Source: Psychrobacter cryohalolentis K5
Lineage (GTDB): Bacteria > Pseudomonadota > Gammaproteobacteria > Pseudomonadales > Moraxellaceae
Assembly: GCF_000013905.1 (NCBI RefSeq)
Contig: NC_007969.1
Location: 1,380,001 to 1,412,000, forward strand
Direction of reading: 5' to 3'
DNA length: 32,000 nt
The translations under genes and the position numbers were made by a program. This document shows positions 28,063 to 32,000 of the stretch, in pieces; within the stretch, counting starts at the first letter, position 1; each line of letters begins with the position of its first letter. Under the pieces are notes generated by a model, which saw only the letters and a program-made list of their open reading frames with translations, did not search any database and was not told the origin of the DNA.

Positions 28063-29847
28063 ATGTCTGACCAAGCAACACGCCCTGTAGCGCCTGCCGC
28101 TGCAAAGAGCACACCAAAAAAAGCCGCTTTCGATTTCCGTAAATATCGCCCTTTTGCATTTGCGCCACTGTTGCCAGATCGCACATGGCCGAGCAAAACG
28201 CTAGAGAAATCACCGATATGGGCAAGTGTGGATCTGCGTGATGGCAATCAGGCATTGATTGATCCGATGACTATTGAACAAAAAATGCGTTTTTTTGAAA
28301 CCTTGATAGATGTGGGTTTTAAAGAAATTGAAATAGGTTTTCCCTCAGCGGCACAAGTCGAGTTTGATTTTGCTCGTAAATTGATTGAAGAAAATCATGT
28401 GCCTGATGACGTGACTTTGCAGGTATTGGTGCAGGCACGTGAGCATTTGATTGCTCGAACTTTTGAATCCTTAAAAGGCGCAAAGCGTGCCATCGTTCAT
28501 GTTTATAACTCAACTTGCCGTATTCAGCGCGAAAAAGTATATGCTAAAGATAAAGCTGAAATCAAAGAGATAGCTGTCACTGGTGCTAAATTATTGGTTG
28601 AATATGCTGCTAAATATCCAGAAACAGAATGGGTATTCCAGTATTCACCTGAGAGCTTTAGCCAAACTGAGACTGAATATGCAGTTGAAGTCTGTGATGC
28701 CGTTTGTGATGTTTGGCGACCCGAGAACGGTCAAGAGGTAATCTTAAACTTACCTGCGACGGTTGAGGCGTCAATGCCCAATGTATTCGCTGATCAAGTC
28801 GAGTATTTTTGTCGTAATCTTGCCAAGCGTGAGCATGTGACTATTAGCTTGCATACGCATAATGACCGAGGCTGTGCGGTGGCGGCGGCTGAGCTTGGTG
28901 TGCTTGCTGGCGCAGATCGTATCGAGGGCACCTTACTTGGTAATGGCGAGCGTACCGGCAATATGGATATCATGGTCATGGCGATGAATCTGTTTAGCCA
29001 AGGTATCGATCCTGAGCTTGATTTTAGTAACATGAGTGAGATTGTACAAGTCGTTAGCGAATGCAATAACTTGCCTCTGCATCCACGTCATCCCTATGTA
29101 GGTGAGCTTGTATTTACTGCCTTTAGCGGCTCGCACCAAGACGCGATCAAGAAATGCCTCGACTATAATGAGAAGCATGTGGAGAAGACAGAAAACGTTT
29201 GGGATGTGGCATATTTACCAATTGATCCTGCACATATTGGTCGCAGCTATCAGGATGTGGTGCGCATCAATAGCCAATCTGGTAAAGGCGGTGTGGCTTA
29301 TATCTTGCAGCGCAACTATGGCTTCAATTTACCACGTTGGATGCAAATTGACTTTAGTGGTGTGGTACAAAAACAAGCTGAAACCACGGCTCGTGAATTG
29401 CAGAATGATGAAATCTTACAGACCTTTGAAGACACTTATTTACAGCAAGGCAGTTTTGAGCTGTTAGATTATACGGTCAATAATAAAGGCGGCGAAGTCT
29501 ACTTTAACGGTCAAGTTCAGATGAATGGCGATACCATCACTATAGATGGTGATGGTAATGGGCCGTTATCTTCGTTTATCGATGGATTGGCGCAGCATAC
29601 AGGCAAATCAATCCATGTCATTAACTACGCTGAGCATGCAATCAATCCGCAGCATAATAGCGGTGATGGTATCAATGATGATAACAACAGAGACAATAAG
29701 ACAAATGCCAATGCTGCTGCTTATATACAGCTAAATGTAGATGGTGAAGTTTATTCAGGCATCGGCACTTGTAGCAGCACGGTATCAGCCATGCTAAAGG
29801 GCGCATTGTCAGCCTTTGCTCAAGCAGTTAGTATCGCTGCTGTTTAA
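28063..29847 (+). CDS. leuA: 2-isopropylmalate synthase, long form
   Basis: PIWASVDLRDGNQALIDPM, HTHNDRGCAVAAAELGVLAGADRIEGTLLGNGERTGN and AFSGSHQDAI. AAGGA lies 6 nt before ATG 28063, and the track start 28057 is TTG. Confidence 0.9.
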   Translation: MSDQATRPVAPAAAKSTPKKAAFDFRKYRPFAFAPLLPDRTWPSKTLEKSPIWASVDLRDGNQALIDPMTIEQKMRFFETLIDVGFKEIEIGFPSAAQVEFDFARKLIEENHVPDDVTLQVLVQAREHLIARTFESLKGAKRAIVHVYNSTCRIQREKVYAKDKAEIKEIAVTGAKLLVEYAAKYPETEWVFQYSPESFSQTETEYAVEVCDAVCDVWRPENGQEVILNLPATVEASMPNVFADQVEYFCRNLAKREHVTISLHTHNDRGCAVAAAELGVLAGADRIEGTLLGNGERTGNMDIMVMAMNLFSQGIDPELDFSNMSEIVQVVSECNNLPLHPRHPYVGELVFTAFSGSHQDAIKKCLDYNEKHVEKTENVWDVAYLPIDPAHIGRSYQDVVRINSQSGKGGVAYILQRNYGFNLPRWMQIDFSGVVQKQAETTARELQNDEILQTFEDTYLQQGSFELLDYTVNNKGGEVYFNGQVQMNGDTITIDGDGNGPLSSFIDGLAQHTGKSIHVINYAEHAINPQHNSGDGINDDNNRDNKTNANAAAYIQLNVDGEVYSGIGTCSSTVSAMLKGALSAFAQAVSIAAV

Positions 29848-29907
29848 TAACCAAGTACTTAAGAATTTAAATATTTAGGCATATAAGTTTACATTTCTAT
29901 AAGTATA

Positions 29908-29957
29908 ACGTCATGGCTCATTGCGATAAGCAAATCAGAGCCATGGCGTTATTTTTT
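29908..29957 (+). terminator. Intrinsic terminator after leuA
   Basis: acgtcatggctc / gagccatggcgt stem (one T-G wobble) followed by attttttt. Confidence 0.75.
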
Positions 29958-30125
29958 ATGTTTGAAACTATGTCTGAACCTCAGTAATTAGAGATCTTAT
30001 TGAAGTGCTTACCACTGAGAGGTTAAAGCCTAATAGCATAATGTTACTTGTGTTTTCGGTGACTAAGACTTACGCTAATGTACATAGCATTCATTATTAT
30101 AATAGTATAAATAACAAGGTTAATT

Positions 30126-30740
30126 ATGGAACCTCTCTCATTTGCTTCATTTTCATTAGCTGCTATTTTGGCATCATTGCCAGTAAATGGCGAAGCAGTT
30201 AGTAAGCCGACCATTACCACACATATTAGTCCTGCGATTGCTGGACAGTGGGAGATTGATTTAAATAGTAGTATCACGATGACCAAAGAAGCTGAGGCGC
30301 GGCAAGCAGCGTCAAAAGACAGGAGTCAGATTAAAAGTAACGAACCTAAAGTCGACGCCGGTGCAGGACTATTGACACAAAACGAAAAACGTCTTATTAA
30401 TATTCAAACTGATACCAGCAAAAAACTCATTGCATCAGCAAAGAAATCTGCTCAGTGCCGTGAGCTTTACAATTTTGCTGCTGATAATGAAATGTGGTCA
30501 GTCAGTGGCAAAGAGTGGACTTATGGACGTTATTTGATTACGCACCGTGAGGAGGGGCTACCTATCATTGCTATTAAAACCGTTTACGATAACAATGAAG
30601 TAGATTGCTCCGGTAGCCAGATAGATCAGAGCAATGAGGCGTTGATTGCCTTTTTAAATCATGATGGCAATCAAATGCAGTGGTGTGCTGATCCTGATGG
30701 CAAAGAGTGCTTTATGAATTTTAATAGAATTCTGCCATAG
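30126..30740 (+). CDS. Orphan 204-aa secreted/periplasmic protein with four cysteines, function unknown
   Basis: AAGG 6 nt before the ATG, signal peptide MEPLSFASFSLAAILASLPVNGEA/VS, and four Cys in the C-terminal half. A terminator follows. Confidence 0.6.
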   Translation: MEPLSFASFSLAAILASLPVNGEAVSKPTITTHISPAIAGQWEIDLNSSITMTKEAEARQAASKDRSQIKSNEPKVDAGAGLLTQNEKRLINIQTDTSKKLIASAKKSAQCRELYNFAADNEMWSVSGKEWTYGRYLITHREEGLPIIAIKTVYDNNEVDCSGSQIDQSNEALIAFLNHDGNQMQWCADPDGKECFMNFNRILP

Positions 30741-30788
30741 TAATGGTTTTTCAGTGACTTTGCTTTAGCTTTAATTACAATCATCAAT

Positions 30789-30826
30789 AAAAAAACCGCT
30801 ATCTGCATGGATAGCGGTTTTTTTAA
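30789..30826. terminator. Bidirectional intrinsic terminator between the 204-aa gene and accC
   Basis: aaaaaaccgctatc-tgcatg-gatagcggtttttttt. The stem is perfect, with an A-run and a T-run on either side. Confidence 0.8.
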
Positions 30827-30876
30827 TGAGAAAAAATCTTGATAATAAAGATATTTGATATCAATATTTAATCAGT

Positions 30877-32000
30877 TCACAAGTTAGATTTTTCTTTATT
30901 AGCAGTTAACAACTCTCTTTCAAGATAATGAATATTCTGTGCTTCATGAACAAAATTATCATCTGATAAAATTACATCACGATGCATCGGGATATTTGTT
31001 TTGATACCTTCGATAACCAACTCATCAAGTGCCTGTAGCGTTTTCGAAATCGCTTGCTGACGGGTTTGACCATGACAGATAAGCTTACCAATCAAAGAGT
31101 CATAGTAACTTGGAATCTCATAGCCAGGATATAGATGTGAGTCAAAGCGGATACCAGCCCCACTAGGTGAATACAGCTGAGTAACCGTACCAGGTGATGG
31201 CATAAAGGTCACTGGATCTTCAGCATTGATGCGACATTCAATCGCATGACCTTGAATTTCAATCTCACTTTGGCGATACGATAGACCGTAGCCTGCTGCG
31301 ATTTTTAACTGTTCAACGACCACATCAATGCCTGTAATCATCTCAGTAATAGTATGCTCAACTTGTACGCGAGTGTTCATCTCAATAAAGAAATATTCAT
31401 TATTTTCAAATAAAAACTCAAAAGTACCAGCACCGCGGTATTTGACCAGCTTACAAGCTTTTACACAAGCATCTAAGATAGGCTGACGTACATCATCAGG
31501 AATATCAGGGGCAGGGGCTTCTTCTAAAACTTTTTGATGACGACGCTGCAATGAGCAATCTCTGTCATATAAATGAATGGCATTACCATTACCATCGCCA
31601 AGTACTTGTATCTCTACATGTCGCGGGTTTTGGAGATAACGTTCCATATAAACCGTGTCATCACCAAACCATAGCTCAGCTTCTTGCTTAGCCGCTTGCA
31701 CTTGACCGATAATTTCTTCAAAGCGCTCAACCACACGCATACCACGACCACCGCCACCCGCTGCCGCTTTAATCAACAAGGGAAAACCGATATTGCGTGC
31801 TTGCTCTTCAGCATTGTGTAGCGTCACAGCACCTACTGAACCAGGTACTGTCGGCACACCCGCTTTTTTCATGGCATTGATCGCGGAAACCTTGTTTCCC
31901 ATCAGACGAATATGATCTGCAGTAGGGCCTACAAAGGTTAATCCAGCTTCTTCAATACGTTCAGCAAATTCAGCATTTTCAGCCAAAAAACCATAACCGG
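30877..32000 (-). CDS. accC: Acetyl-CoA carboxylase biotin carboxylase subunit; the N-terminal part lies outside the window
   Basis: The frame stays open to the window edge (...[13 protein letters not shown], matching E. coli HPGYGFLSENANFAE). Motifs [14 protein letters not shown] and [14 protein letters not shown] are present, with a C-terminal IHYLEREL as in AccC. Confidence 0.9.
   Translation of the reverse strand, partial: GYGFLAENAEFAERIEEAGLTFVGPTADHIRLMGNKVSAINAMKKAGVPTVPGSVGAVTLHNAEEQARNIGFPLLIKAAAGGGGRGMRVVERFEEIIGQVQAAKQEAELWFGDDTVYMERYLQNPRHVEIQVLGDGNGNAIHLYDRDCSLQRRHQKVLEEAPAPDIPDDVRQPILDACVKACKLVKYRGAGTFEFLFENNEYFFIEMNTRVQVEHTITEMITGIDVVVEQLKIAAGYGLSYRQSEIEIQGHAIECRINAEDPVTFMPSPGTVTQLYSPSGAGIRFDSHLYPGYEIPSYYDSLIGKLICHGQTRQQAISKTLQALDELVIEGIKTNIPMHRDVILSDDNFVHEAQNIHYLERELLTANKEKSNL

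Overview
This window looks like an ordinary chromosomal, mostly housekeeping segment of an AT-rich gammaproteobacterium. The gene set and protein sequences look Moraxellaceae/Psychrobacter-like to me, but that is a guess from memory, not a search result. I call 25 protein-coding genes, and all the conserved ones look intact. They are: a purine-catabolism cluster (xdhA partial, xdhB, xdhC, guaD), roxA/ycfD-like hydroxylase, a 61-aa lipoprotein, purB, an orphan 612-aa secreted protein, mnmA, ispF, grxD, an orphan 175-aa protein, mnmG, an AEC-family transporter, an LLM-class flavin oxidoreductase, a CysB-family LysR regulator, ampG, prmC, a moeB/thiF-family adenylyltransferase, an ABC1/UbiB-family kinase, a YbfB/YjiJ-type MFS transporter, an Lrp/AsnC regulator divergent from a long-form leuA, an orphan 204-aa secreted protein, and accC (partial). 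Several ORF-track starts are TTG/GTG read-through extensions, and I trimmed them to ATG codons with better context. Eight clear stem-loop plus T-run terminators are visible. I found no tRNA, rRNA, CRISPR array, transposase, integrase or other mobile-element signature, and no multi-gene cassette that looks like a defence or other accessory system. The most unusual object is the 612-aa Asn/Ser/Thr-rich secreted protein at 9405-11243. It has SdrD-B-like and DUF11-like motifs and sits where E. coli has hflD, between mnmA and purB. Lesser oddities are two further orphan proteins, two long ORF-free AT-rich spacers around the CysB-like regulator that contain strong hairpins, and repeated N/D/S/T-rich low-complexity insertions in otherwise conserved enzymes. 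Overall this is an ordinary region with a few modest leads, and I cannot support a claim of a new system from the sequence alone.
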